The notes under the pieces were generated by a model. That model did no database searches. It had not been told where the DNA came from and saw nothing but the letters and a program-made list of their open reading frames with translations. Made by a program: the position numbers and the translations under genes. Positions 51,232-63,445 of a stretch of 64,000 nt of DNA are shown here, piece after piece. Positions within the stretch are counted from its first letter, which is position 1; each line of letters opens with the position of its first letter. The stretch comes from Setoptus koraiensis (taxonomy: Eukaryota > Animalia > Arthropoda): assembly GCA_048013815.1 (NCBI GenBank), contig CM106586.1:23994001-24058000 (forward strand), written 5' to 3'.

Positions 51232-52356
51232 ATGTCTCTTGGATTCAAGTTGAACCGAAAGATCGAGGTGGTAAAAAGTGTCCAGCTATTTGATGTTAGA
51301 TTTCATCCAGTTGATAGCAATGTTTTGGCAGTCACCACTATCGAAGGAGACGTATTCCTGTACTCTATTGGAGACGACGATGCACATGATATCAAACCAA
51401 CAACAGAACTTCTCAAGCACCACAAGGGAACCCCCGTAAGAAAAGTGAGATTTGCTGATGATGGCTCACTTGTAACCTCTGCTAAAACTGTCAAAATCTA
51501 CGATTTGGCCACCTCCACCAACAAGTTTATGCTTAAAAGGGATGATGATAGGAATACCAGGTTCTATTCAATCTTATTATATGACAGCAATCTAGTATGT
51601 GCCGGTGATGACGAGGGTGAATTCTTCATGTGGGACATAAGAACTGAAGGTGATAAGCCCGTGATGCAAGCAAAAAAATGTGATCAATACATATCCGACA
51701 TGGATGCTGATCGCAACAAAAAAATTGTCATGTGCACCAGTGGCGATGGCACACTAACTGCCTTCGATGTAAGAATGAAGAAAATGATTGAACCGCAATC
51801 GGAGTTATTTGAAGCTGGCTTCCAATGTCTCAAGTATATGGAATTGAATGAGAAAGTGGTTGTTGGTGGAGAAGATGGATCATTGTATGTGTTCAAAAAT
51901 GGAGAGTGGGCCTACACCCGGGAAAAAGTCCCTGTCAGTGTATCAGGAAGATCTCGAGGGAAAACCTGCAGCGTAGACTGTATTGACGTACTCTCCGGCA
52001 CTTCCGTTATAGTTGGTTGCTCTGATGGAAGATTGAGAGCACTCAATTTGTATCCGCATAAGATTATCAAAGAATCCATTTTAAGTCACAAGATTTCCGT
52101 TGAGGCACTCCATGTAAATCCCAATGTGAACATCATAGCGACTTGTGATGAAAATATGATCAATCTAATAGATTACACAGAAGACGCGGATGAAGATCAT
52201 GAAGGAGATGGCGACAGTGCAAACAATAGTAACTCCGACACGGAAGATTCTAGTGATAATGACGAAGAAAATGAGAAGCCAGAGCCAAAATCAAAGTCTG
52301 CCAGAGGATCAAATTCAAATCCTAGGTCGGCTTTTTTCATGGATCTCGCTCAGTAG
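51232..52356 (+). CDS. WDR55: WD repeat-containing protein 55, intronless
   Basis: RFHP, HHKGTPVRKVRF, CAGDDEG..FMWD, DQYISDM, SGDGTLTAFDVR motifs; acidic C-terminal tail. Confidence 0.85.
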   Translation: MSLGFKLNRKIEVVKSVQLFDVRFHPVDSNVLAVTTIEGDVFLYSIGDDDAHDIKPTTELLKHHKGTPVRKVRFADDGSLVTSAKTVKIYDLATSTNKFMLKRDDDRNTRFYSILLYDSNLVCAGDDEGEFFMWDIRTEGDKPVMQAKKCDQYISDMDADRNKKIVMCTSGDGTLTAFDVRMKKMIEPQSELFEAGFQCLKYMELNEKVVVGGEDGSLYVFKNGEWAYTREKVPVSVSGRSRGKTCSVDCIDVLSGTSVIVGCSDGRLRALNLYPHKIIKESILSHKISVEALHVNPNVNIIATCDENMINLIDYTEDADEDHEGDGDSANNSNSDTEDSSDNDEENEKPEPKSKSARGSNSNPRSAFFMDLAQ

Positions 52357-52420
52357 ATGTAACCATGATGTAACTATTAAATTATTATTATTTTTTTTTT
52401 AATTTTTTAATTGTATTTAT

Positions 52421-53644
<1,224 letters not shown>

Positions 53645-54184
53645 TCATTACCGCGAACTAGTGTCAGACTGACATTGAATAGGATAGTTCCCACAAAATA
53701 ACAAATATTTTGGTTTGCGGCGGGTGTTTTGAATCGATTCTCTGTCGATGTGATAGTATTGCTGTGGAGATGGGGCAGTGGAAGACCTGATATGATATTG
53801 AGCGTGTGTTCTGGTCAGAAGTTACATCTCCCCCGGTTTGTTCTTCTGATGAGGGGTCTACTGGATAAATCCAAGAAAGACTGTTACGACTGATAGTATT
53901 GTAATATGACGAATGATTGAATGATATTATGATATTAATAATCCCCCGACTGAGTGCCAGTCAGCTTAGTCTCGCTAATGAGGGCTAAACACTTTGTGTC
54001 ACCTGTTATAAGCTAAAAAATATTACACGTTTACAAAAAGGACGAAGTAGGACCAGTTATTGAGTCTTGCGATGGAATATGCTATACATACAGATAGGAT
54101 AATGCGATAAACAATTTTCAAGTTACATGTTGTAAATGGTAGCCATGTTAGCATAGTGTGCTGCGCTATTTTCGGCGCTTATGC

Positions 54185-54984
54185 AGAAAGACGACACACC
54201 CCAATTTGGGGTCGGGTATTGCGCACAGACGCTTGAATGGGTGTTCCGGAAGTGCGGAAATCTCTTGTACCCGAGATACATTGGTTATTTTAGGGTGCCA
54301 ACAGTGCGCGGGTGCCGCTCACAAGTCAGCTCACCCAAAGAGTCCCGGCACGTGCCTTTTTGTCACCAGGTGTGTATGAGCTCTATCCACGCGTGAACCA
54401 GATTTATGGTTGATAGAGCTCATGAAATTAGAATAAAGGGAGGGGGGATATCGCGGTTCAATATATTCTGGATTGCAAAGTGTCAGGCTTTACTTTCGTA
54501 CATCGATTGAGCTCATAAGTTCGACTTTATGGTTAGCATTCTCTACGTGCAACATATACCTCAAACTCTCCATTTTGCGCTTACATTGTCCTCTGTTTCA
54601 ATCTTTATCGATTCGGTCTTCCATCAATAAATCGTCATACCCTGCTATGGGTACCAGCGTATCCCCTCGAACACGACTAGGGCCCATGAGGCGCTCGGTG
54701 GAACCGAAATCGTTGCGAATCGCAAACCGGAAGTGATGATTAAAGTAGATAGAGGATACCTTGCGACTTGGCGTTCTTTGATAACAAATTTCGAGCAAGT
54801 CGCAAAGAAGTCGTTGAGATTAGCACATTGGATCAAAGACTTTTGATTTGGGGCTTCCCGGAGTTCGAAAAATGGATTTTTCCACATCTCTGGAAGCAGG
54901 GTTTACGCGCAATTCCGAACATTCAGAGGTGTACTAAGGGGCTCTGTGTCGAGTTTGATCGAAGTTGGGGAGTGTCGTCTTTCT
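54185..54984 (+). ncRNA. Large structured RNA, candidate expanded RNase MRP (RNase P/MRP family) RNA
   Basis: 22/23-bp closing stem (54185-54207 with 54962-54984); P2-like 54214-54224 with 54907-54916; AGAGTCCC (54339-54346) complementary to GGGGCTCT (54938-54945) in CR-I/CR-V positions; many internal hairpins; no convincing ORF. Confidence is for the MRP identity; that the region is structured is more certain. Confidence 0.5.
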
Positions 54985-55272
54985 AGTAGAAAGTTTCTAC
55001 GCAACAACCCTATTTTCCTTGCATATATGCATACGGTCACAGGAAACTAATACCTGAATTCGTAACATCGCGAGTGTTTCAAGAGATATCTAAGGCGCTC
55101 TCGAAAGCGAATCAAATATCAGAAAATAATTGAAACTTGACTTCTGATATTTAACAAACATCAGACTGAAGTTTTCTAAACAATCGTGCAAATTAAAGGT
55201 TTTTCTTACAGTAAAAAACCAACAGTGGAGGTTGTAATGTTACAAAAAAAAAAAAATGTTGAAAGACTGATT

Positions 55273-58200
55273 TTAATACATATTACTACTACATGAGTTA
55301 ACTGTTTCGACTCGGTCGCCATTGGTTTGTTGAGAACTTTTGTACTGAGGTACGCAGTCGGCTAACCTTCTGATTAGGCTTGAGATAAATTTCATCACAG
55401 AGAGCGGCTCATATAAAAATGATACACAACGAAAAACCTTCTTCAATTGGTTATTACTTTCTATGTAGGAAGTAGTCAATGGTGATACGTATATGGGGTA
55501 ACCGACTGGTTGATCGCAGGATGAGTTGATGAGGTTCCGTAAGGCCTGTTTAGCATTTTGTATGGAACCTCGCTCGGGGTCTGTATTCCTAAGATAAATT
55601 AGTTCTTGTTGCTGACTAGCCCATAGACCTCTCACGCATTCGCGATTGATCTTGATTATTCTGAAGCTCAAGTAGCGTCTGTTTAACATAATCACCTTGT
55701 ATTGATTACTTCCGTCATCTGTATAGAGTCTCAGCGCCAATAATGACGGGACCCCAGATAAAACTGCATTTCTCCATGCACTATCGGTCTCATGGGAAAT
55801 CACTAAATTCTTTTGATAACCAGAGATTGCTTCATATAAAACCATGTTGTCATCGTAATCATCGGGTGAAGCGAAATGGTCCTGGTGTAGCTTAAGAGAC
55901 ATTCTAACTGCAGGTATGACAACCAATTTGAACAATTTCATTTCTTGAAAAATCCATTCGTCGTGAAGTGATGTTATCCGGAAGTCACCTTTCAAAAGAG
56001 CGTGAAGCCCAAAGAGTAGAGATTCGACCGTGTGAAACTGTTGTCCATCCGATGCTGCACTAAGTGATCGTCTAGCTAGTAAACTTAAGCCGAAACATAG
56101 GGACACTAGAAATGATTCATCACTGAAATCTATGTCCGAAATTAGTCTCGCCCTCGATGTATCATTCTTGTCTGCCTTGACTCTCTGAACACAATACTTG
56201 ATCCAATCGTAATAGCATGAGCAAAATCTGGCTCGCGTAACTCCACAAAGTCGTAAGTCAAAGTCTAAATCGAGCGGAAAACTGAATGTCGGATCTAAAT
56301 CAGCGAAATTCACGTTCTTTGTGTATTCAAGTGCTTCTTTGAATGCGTCATTGTCTAACCATTTTGACAACTGTGGTGATGTTACGGCAAAATAGATGAT
56401 CGACTTGACGTAGTATGTCATTAAGGCTCGTCTCAAGTCAAATGGTTGTAACATGGCAACGGCCGGATTGTCAGATATTGAATATCCCTCAAGAACATAT
56501 CTATTGTTAGTAACGTGCCACGCCAGCCAGCGCTGGTTAAATGCGGCATTCGCGGATAATAAATAAGGCAAATGACCTGGCTCACAACAACAACAGCCAT
56601 CATCTTGAGATACGCCCTCGGTTATTGCCTCCACCTCCTGTTGCTGACAATAAGTGCCCCTAAACTCAAGTCCTCTAAGTTGGAAAGTACACAATCCATT
56701 ACCCAACTCAATTATATGAATTAGACAATTGAGGTTGTCGCTCGCCATGATGAAGCAGTCGCCTTGACTGACCGTCCCCCATCTTCCTAATCCTAAGTCA
56801 CCACATAGTTTCTTTTGAAGGCATCTTGTGAGATTTTCGTAGAATATGCCGTCTAATCTGTTAGCGTCAATCCTATTGCGCTCGAGCTGCGCAGCCAATC
56901 TAGTCGTATTTATATCTATTATATTGGTATTGTAATCGCGCTCCCAAAACCTCATCGGTCTAACATAGGACATTAGAAAGATGGCACTACCCATAACTGG
57001 CTGCAAAGGTGCAGATAAAATTGATGATAATATCGCTTGCGCAAATAATATTGCTGAATGTGGAACGCTGAAAGGTTGAGCAAAGGCATGGAAAGCGCTT
57101 CCCCAAGGTATTTGCCAGGGAGCTATGTAGATCAATATAAATTTTACTTTCAATAGAAGTTCCTGCATCTTTACTTGTAATATCGAGAAAAAAAAATAAT
57201 TCACTATGAATGTATGGTGATTCAATCTTGCTGCGTCGTATTCAAAAAATAGGTATGTAAATATGAGAGTTATATAATTGGGGGATGAATCGTTGAATGA
57301 CGAACGTATCAATTTCAGGCTTATTATCACAAATAACAGCACACCCAGCTGCGGTCCAAACAATTCTTTCACTTGTATAGCGCCCTTTGTAATAGCGCTC
57401 AACCAGAATAGGGGGTATATAACATTTCTTTCCAAGAATATTCCCCAAGCGTAAACTCGCTCAAACCACATAAGTTTTGCATAGGTTCGTACTTCGAAGT
57501 AATAATATTCACTAGATTTCAGTATAGGTTCTGGAAAGCAAAGCCACGGAAGATCTTTTCGCATTTGAGGTATCACATAATGAAATAGAAATCCCCAGAG
57601 TATTGTTGCCTGGGAAAAATACCATTCGACACTATATGGTATGATTGAGAATATTGAACTGACATGTAATGAGAACACTCCTATCAATGTCAACATACAA
57701 CAGGTTAGATCAGATTTAAGTCGCTGTATGTAAATACTGTCTACTTCATTTTGAATTTTCGTAGATATAGATTCTTCTCCATAAAGACTATCTCCATCGT
57801 TTTCTGGCTCACACGCAGAAGTTCTATTCAACGGATTTAAGGCATAAGCAGACTCAACTGGTGGATTGTTCCTCCAAAGTGGGACCAAATTCTTCTTTAT
57901 AAGTCGAAAAGTAATAGTTGGATCACTAGAGCTGCGACTTAAGGCGTATGCAACGGCTATCAATATACCACAATAGAGAGAAAATATTGTATTGTGAGAG
58001 GCGTCCGCATCTGTCGATCCTATCGAAGCAAAGGCAAATATGTATAATAAGCTCACGGTGAGTATACTTCTGCAAATAGAATAGAAAGCTGATTTCAAGC
58101 CCAATGTTGCAGCCGTTGATCCAAATAGATGCATGTCTATTTGTTCACAAACATACATGATGAATGTAGTTATTTGAGGAAGTAGGCCTAGATTGAAAAT

Positions 58201-58863
58201 TAGTGGAAAGCTCAAAATTGAAATGGAGCTTAAGTTGCGTAGCACTAAGAAGACTGATTTGTCTAGAATGTTGAAGTTATAAATTAAGAATGACGGTTCT
58301 ATTGTTGGTTCATATTTTAAATAGGCTTGACATAATAGTATCACCAGTGCGAGCAAGCAAAAATAAATAGGTCTAGATAATGATATAACTCTATTGAATC
58401 CGTGAGTCGGTGATGCTGGGTCCGGTTGAACACTTTTCAGTAAAGTGAATTGTGAGCTGGCAACAACCAAACAGAAAACTATTTGCCATATATTGCTCCA
58501 TAAATTTAGTTGTATAAGTAAGGCTGCAAAGATCGAGACCATCATTGCTAATAATATAGATATGACAGTCTCTAATTTTGTTAAATTGAGATCTAATAGT
58601 GGTTCTGGCCGTTTTGAGTTCCATATCTTCAGACCGGTAAATGCGATTCCTATCGATATGGCGTATGAGAACCATAATAAAAAAGTTAATGATTTGTACA
58701 TCCTACCTAGTGCTGTGGTTATGGTGGGTAAAATCAATAGAATGAACCAAGTGTATTTAAGTATCATTCTTGATGTACTAGGCAGTCGGGGATCGTGGAA
58801 CCATCCACCGGTGAATGATGCCATGACTCCTTGGCGGAGAACAGATAATGTCAATGATTCCAT
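55273..58863 (-). CDS. pcx: Pecanex-like protein (1196 aa), intronless
   Basis: LRQGVMASFTGGWFHDP N-terminus; QPDPASPTHGFNR, WQIPWGSAFHAFAQPFSVPHS, RPMRFWERDY, LRGLEFRGTYCQQQEVEAI and NPAVAMLQ...YYVKSIIY Pecanex_C motifs. Confidence 0.95.
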   Translation of the reverse strand: MESLTLSVLRQGVMASFTGGWFHDPRLPSTSRMILKYTWFILLILPTITTALGRMYKSLTFLLWFSYAISIGIAFTGLKIWNSKRPEPLLDLNLTKLETVISILLAMMVSIFAALLIQLNLWSNIWQIVFCLVVASSQFTLLKSVQPDPASPTHGFNRVISLSRPIYFCLLALVILLCQAYLKYEPTIEPSFLIYNFNILDKSVFLVLRNLSSISILSFPLIFNLGLLPQITTFIMYVCEQIDMHLFGSTAATLGLKSAFYSICRSILTVSLLYIFAFASIGSTDADASHNTIFSLYCGILIAVAYALSRSSSDPTITFRLIKKNLVPLWRNNPPVESAYALNPLNRTSACEPENDGDSLYGEESISTKIQNEVDSIYIQRLKSDLTCCMLTLIGVFSLHVSSIFSIIPYSVEWYFSQATILWGFLFHYVIPQMRKDLPWLCFPEPILKSSEYYYFEVRTYAKLMWFERVYAWGIFLERNVIYPLFWLSAITKGAIQVKELFGPQLGVLLFVIISLKLIRSSFNDSSPNYITLIFTYLFFEYDAARLNHHTFIVNYFFFSILQVKMQELLLKVKFILIYIAPWQIPWGSAFHAFAQPFSVPHSAILFAQAILSSILSAPLQPVMGSAIFLMSYVRPMRFWERDYNTNIIDINTTRLAAQLERNRIDANRLDGIFYENLTRCLQKKLCGDLGLGRWGTVSQGDCFIMASDNLNCLIHIIELGNGLCTFQLRGLEFRGTYCQQQEVEAITEGVSQDDGCCCCEPGHLPYLLSANAAFNQRWLAWHVTNNRYVLEGYSISDNPAVAMLQPFDLRRALMTYYVKSIIYFAVTSPQLSKWLDNDAFKEALEYTKNVNFADLDPTFSFPLDLDFDLRLCGVTRARFCSCYYDWIKYCVQRVKADKNDTSRARLISDIDFSDESFLVSLCFGLSLLARRSLSAASDGQQFHTVESLLFGLHALLKGDFRITSLHDEWIFQEMKLFKLVVIPAVRMSLKLHQDHFASPDDYDDNMVLYEAISGYQKNLVISHETDSAWRNAVLSGVPSLLALRLYTDDGSNQYKVIMLNRRYLSFRIIKINRECVRGLWASQQQELIYLRNTDPERGSIQNAKQALRNLINSSCDQPVGYPIYVSPLTTSYIESNNQLKKVFRCVSFLYEPLSVMKFISSLIRRLADCVPQYKSSQQTNGDRVETVNSCSSNMY

Positions 58864-60599
58864 TTAGATTTGCAGTAAGATTTACCCAAATGAGTACAGT
58901 TAAAGTCATCCAAATGCGAATGAGTCCAAATGCGAAAAATGATCACGTTTTCAATGTTTTCAATGTTTTCAATGTTTTCACTTGTTTCTCTCAGCGGCAA
59001 ATTCGAACAATGGAAATTTTCCGCTCGACATTGGGACATATATCTCCCTCCCAAGTGGGGAGTCCCCACATTCTCCTTTCAAATTGAGACTTGGAAGGTA
59101 GAATATTCTTTTGTGACTTCACACATGCGAGAAAAAGATGAATCGATTAATGCAATCATACAAATACATTTTCGATATCGATCGAAACACATGAAATCAC
59201 CGGGGACATGCAGATCTTCATTCAGTCTCTCATTGAAATGGGAGGTCTCAACTTGCGAACGGGAGAGGGAGCTCTCTGTTCTCGCCCACAAAACAGGGAG
59301 AGTGAGATGTGAGGTTCCCGCGCGGAGTTCTTTTCAGCTTAACCTATCACTGATCGAATCTTTAGTCGGGTCTCTAGTTTCGGAAGTATTACAATCGGGA
59401 TTCCCAATATGCAAGCTTATTATTAACGTATACAGCCCCAAAATGTTGAGCTGTCTCAATGTTTTATGACAATAACTTACTTTTTTTCATGGGAGAGACG
59501 GAGAGAGAGAGAGAGATTGAAAAGCTTGCAGACAAAGACAGGGATAGTCACTCATATCAGTGGTAAACAGAAAGAATTTCCAATTCATAAATTGATGAGT
59601 AGATTGTCACAAAATGATCTCATCCATTTAAGGTTTGGACGGTCTTCATGGCAAGAGGCCGCATAGAAAACCCAAAAAACTATTATCAGAAATTCAATTA
59701 GAAAGTTTCAACTGTTGACGCTTTCAATACAATCAACACTTCCATCCATAATCTCTGAAGAACTGGGCGGGGTGTCAAGTTGAATTCTACTCAACATTCT
59801 ATTGAGATTTAAGTCATTGCGAATGATTGAGGCTACAGAATGATGTCCGAAATATGTGGCCAGACAACTATCATGAAATTCAGCGCTGTGATAAGGATGC
59901 CGAACTTCGAAGCAATGCCCCAGTTCCATGTGCCTTGTAGCAGGTCGGTATCAGGAAGATCTAAACTTAAATTGGCAAATGGTCAGTTCATGCTGGCATT
60001 GACTTGATAAACGATACAAATCACAATCGATGAGATTAGGTCAAGTTCATTAATGGACACTGATAGACACTGCGCGAAGAATGAATTGTTCTTTGTTGCA
60101 GTAGTGAACATAAGCTCTGATTGTCTAATTGAGCAATGAAGACAATGGACATAATTCACACGTACCATTTAAATTGAGGTTATCTTTTACTATCTTAGTT
60201 AGCTGTTAACTTGCCTGTGCTTATCGTTGAAAATGGTAAGCGCCAGTTGACTGCTAAGTAATATATGAATTTCGAATGAAACATTTAGGAGTTCGATCTA
60301 CATGGTCGAAGACCTAAACTTAATTCACTCTTATAATGGATGCAAAATGTGAGTTCGATAGCAGTTGATTCATCTTGAAACCTTATTCAAAAACATTTAC
60401 TAACGTGTTAGTTTCTTTCCATCTTTCGACAACATGGCGAATATATAATAAGTAACGCAGGTGATCCACTATCCACAGTAATGATCGGAGGAGAGTTTAG
60501 GCAAGTATTTCACAACTCGATCCAATCAACTAAAATAAATTAATCTTCATTCTAATAATAATGTGTCAACGATGACAATTTTGTCGAAATTTCAGATTG

Positions 60600-63318
60600 A
60601 TGAGGATCGCGAAAAGGGCTATGAGGGCGGAAATTACAATAGTAAGTAAATAAACCGACGCCATCTTCATTCTTAATTCAAATCAACTTGAAGAAACTGT
60701 TGCTCATTCATCTTCTTTTGACATAGGTTATTGTAATAACTTTCATGACAACATGGTGTGTGTACGCCCTTTATAAATTGATAACGAGTGGAAATCCATA
60801 CGATCCTCCAAATATATTCAGCATGTCTAAGCATGACAAGAACAATAACTTATACCTCGATCGACAGACAGATCTCCCCACAAGAATTGTACAATTTGCA
60901 AATAGCGACAATATTTATATACAACGCCCGGAACAAGCTAAGCTTCCAATCAAATCAGTATCGGCAAACAATAGCAACTATTCTATTGATTATAGCTCCA
61001 ATTTAGATTATGATTCAACACCCACTCCGGCTGTAGAAATTAGTTCAAACAAGACAATTAATGAAGTCAAAATCTTACCATCTGACGGTGACAGTAAAAG
61101 GGATCAAACTACAAATAGATCAGCAAGGATTGCCTCAGGAACAGAGAAACGTGTGCCTCTACCTTCTATAAATAAAGTTGTTCATGTTGAGGCTGAGACA
61201 GAAAATGTCGGCAAGCCTATACCTGAATCGAAACCATACAATAAAACTGAAACAGCCAAGGGTGTCGACAAAGTTATCAAAGAAGAGGTCAAAGAGAAGA
61301 ACGAGAGTAAATTCAACATAATCCCGATCGCAAGTTTCACCGCAAAAGACGAATCAGATGATGCAGATTATGCAATTAACGTGGATGATATGACATATGA
61401 TGACATTAGTGCTCTCGACGAACGCAATCCCACTCACGGGATGGAAGCAAATTCAACAAATCCGGAAACAGAAGACACAAATGAAGATGAAAATGAAAAT
61501 GAAAACGAGGAAAACGAAGAATCCAATCGAAACGGTGGCGGCGGGGAGGATGATAACTCTGAAGAATCAAGTGGAACTCATGATTCCAGCGGCTCCCCTG
61601 AAATAATTAAAAATGAAGATAGAGAAGATAGTTCTGATATTATGGATCAGGAGGTTTTGAATAAGACTAATCCCTCTGATATTCCCACAGAAGGACTTCG
61701 TGTAGATTTAAATAATATAAAAGATAGAACTTCTGATCAACAAGACAATAGTAAGGTGATTTTCGATGATCCACCATCATCTTCCGAAAATGCTGCTACT
61801 GATGAAGACAACGAAGATGAATCTGAAGACTCAGCTTTGAATAGTACTTCTCCTGAGAGTAAACAACTAAGAACTGTTGCATATCAACCAGTGACATTCG
61901 ATTTACCAATGGACGAGAACAATCCAGATCGCACTTCATCCAGCAAAGATGAGATGTTTACTGATCCATTCTCTACTTCTTCTCGCAATAACGACAACTC
62001 TTTTACCAAGAATAAAATCGGCGCAAATACAGAAAAAATCGTTGATGCCAGTGGGAGAAATAGAATTGATGGACTATCGATGAATGCCATGCAACCCAGG
62101 GTGGTATCTGACAAGATCACCACTTCCACCGGTGGTAGACATAAACGAGACGCAGCATCAATTACATATAACGTTTCTAAATTGATGCCACCGTATGAGA
62201 TGGAATCGATCAGGAGAAAAGAGGAAGATGAAATGAGTAACCAATCGTTGCTCAAAAGATCCTCAGAACTAGAGAATTTGCGTCCCGAATCATCGGACAC
62301 ACATGTATCCGGTAAGTTACATCTCGATGAAGCGTCCAATCCTTTCCTAGAGAGAAATCTTGCGAATAATACAGAGATGTCCAACTATACTTCGGAGAAC
62401 GAAATACCAATATCGACCGAAGGTAATCTGTCGAGGTCCGATCAAAGTCAGCAGGAGAGTTCAGACATAGAAAATATCAAAACCAAACTCCCAATCGATG
62501 GTATAACACATTTACCTTTGTATAACGATAATGTTCAAGTCATCAACCAAAGAGAGGATACTAGTAATGTAGAGGAAAAACGGGATGCCATCATGAATAC
62601 TTCTATTCCTGACATTCTTAATGATATTGATAAACCGGCGTTAGGGGGTAACTTAACTTTTGGTAACCCGGAACCAGTTACTGCGGCAGATTTACACAAG
62701 GAAAACCAGATCATTTCCAATCTGTTCAACGTAGACCACGGATTACTCTTCTATCCAAGTGAATATCCAGAAGAAAAGAAGAAATATCATCACAAGAAAA
62801 AACATTCGAACTATAAAAAGCAGCACAAGCACAAGATGAGCAAAGGGTATAAGAAAGGGGGCGAGAAAAAGAAGAAGCATAAGAAGGAAGAAAAGAAGTT
62901 TCTGAAAGAGAAGGGATTCAAAGGGGCGAAGAAAGGTAAAAAGGTGGTAAAGGGTAAGGGTGGACAAGGAGGCAAGAAGGGTATGAAGAAATACAAGGAC
63001 AAGGGCTATAAAAAGAAAGGATTCAAAAACGTTTATCATAAGGAAGAATTCGGAGACAGTAAAAAGTATTTCGATGAATTCAGAGATAAAGATTTCAAGA
63101 AGAAGTATAAGAAATTCAAAGATAACTATGAGTATAAACAGATGAAAAAGTGGCAAGGTAAAGATGTGAAAAAGGCCAAGAAGTACAAAGATCATGGTGA
63201 AAGCTACAAGAAAATGGGTAAAAGTAAATGGAAGAAAAAAATGAGCAAATCCTCAAAAAAAGGAGAGAAGCACAAGAGTCACGGAGAAAAGAAAAAAAAG
63301 AGTTCTTATGGATACTAA
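60600..63318 (+). CDS. Secreted acidic/Lys-rich protein with DUF4779-like C-terminus, 2 exons (60600-60641, 60727-63318)
   Basis: ATG AGG ATC...ACA ATA|gtaagt ... catag|GTT ATT GTA restores a signal peptide (MRIAKRAMRAEITIVIVITFMTTWCVYA). KKGFKNVYHKEEFGDSKKYFDEF resembles the DUF4779 core as I recall it. Confidence 0.8.
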
Positions 63319-63445
63319 TCAAAACCGATGTAGTATTATTTATAACAATCAATATAAATTAAAATTCATTTGAAGCAATCAAATCAATCAGAAAATTACG
63401 TCGGAACCATCTCCATTTTTACTAACATTATATTATCATTTGTTA

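Noticed and set aside
53779-53800. miR-7-like seed TGGAAGAC
   Set aside because: 3' part does not match miR-7 and there is no complementary star arm.
53840-53885. Hammerhead-like CTGATGAG...GAAA
   Set aside because: Stem II does not close (no G-C before GAAA) and there is no stem III/UH partner in either topology.
53778-53970. RNase P-like GGAAGACCTGA / TCAGCTTA pair
   Set aside because: Needs a 2-nt bulge and conflicts with the GGAGATG/CATCTCC stem; no P1/P2/P3 arrangement found.
54185-54984. MITE or telomerase RNA interpretation of the 800-nt element
   Set aside because: No target-site duplication and extensive internal RNA-style pairing argue against a MITE; no clean 1.5x TTAGG template on either strand. 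Kept only as alternatives.
58930-59469. 179-aa + strand ORF and 70-aa minus ORF with LDLa-like PGDFMC..CI
   Set aside because: Contains a 9-bp repeat and promoter-like sequence upstream of pecanex; LDLa pattern incomplete; no homology recognised.
59708-60168. Minus-strand short ORFs with MELGHC (HExxH-like)
   Set aside because: Not a true HExxH motif, and frames do not join by a convincing splice.
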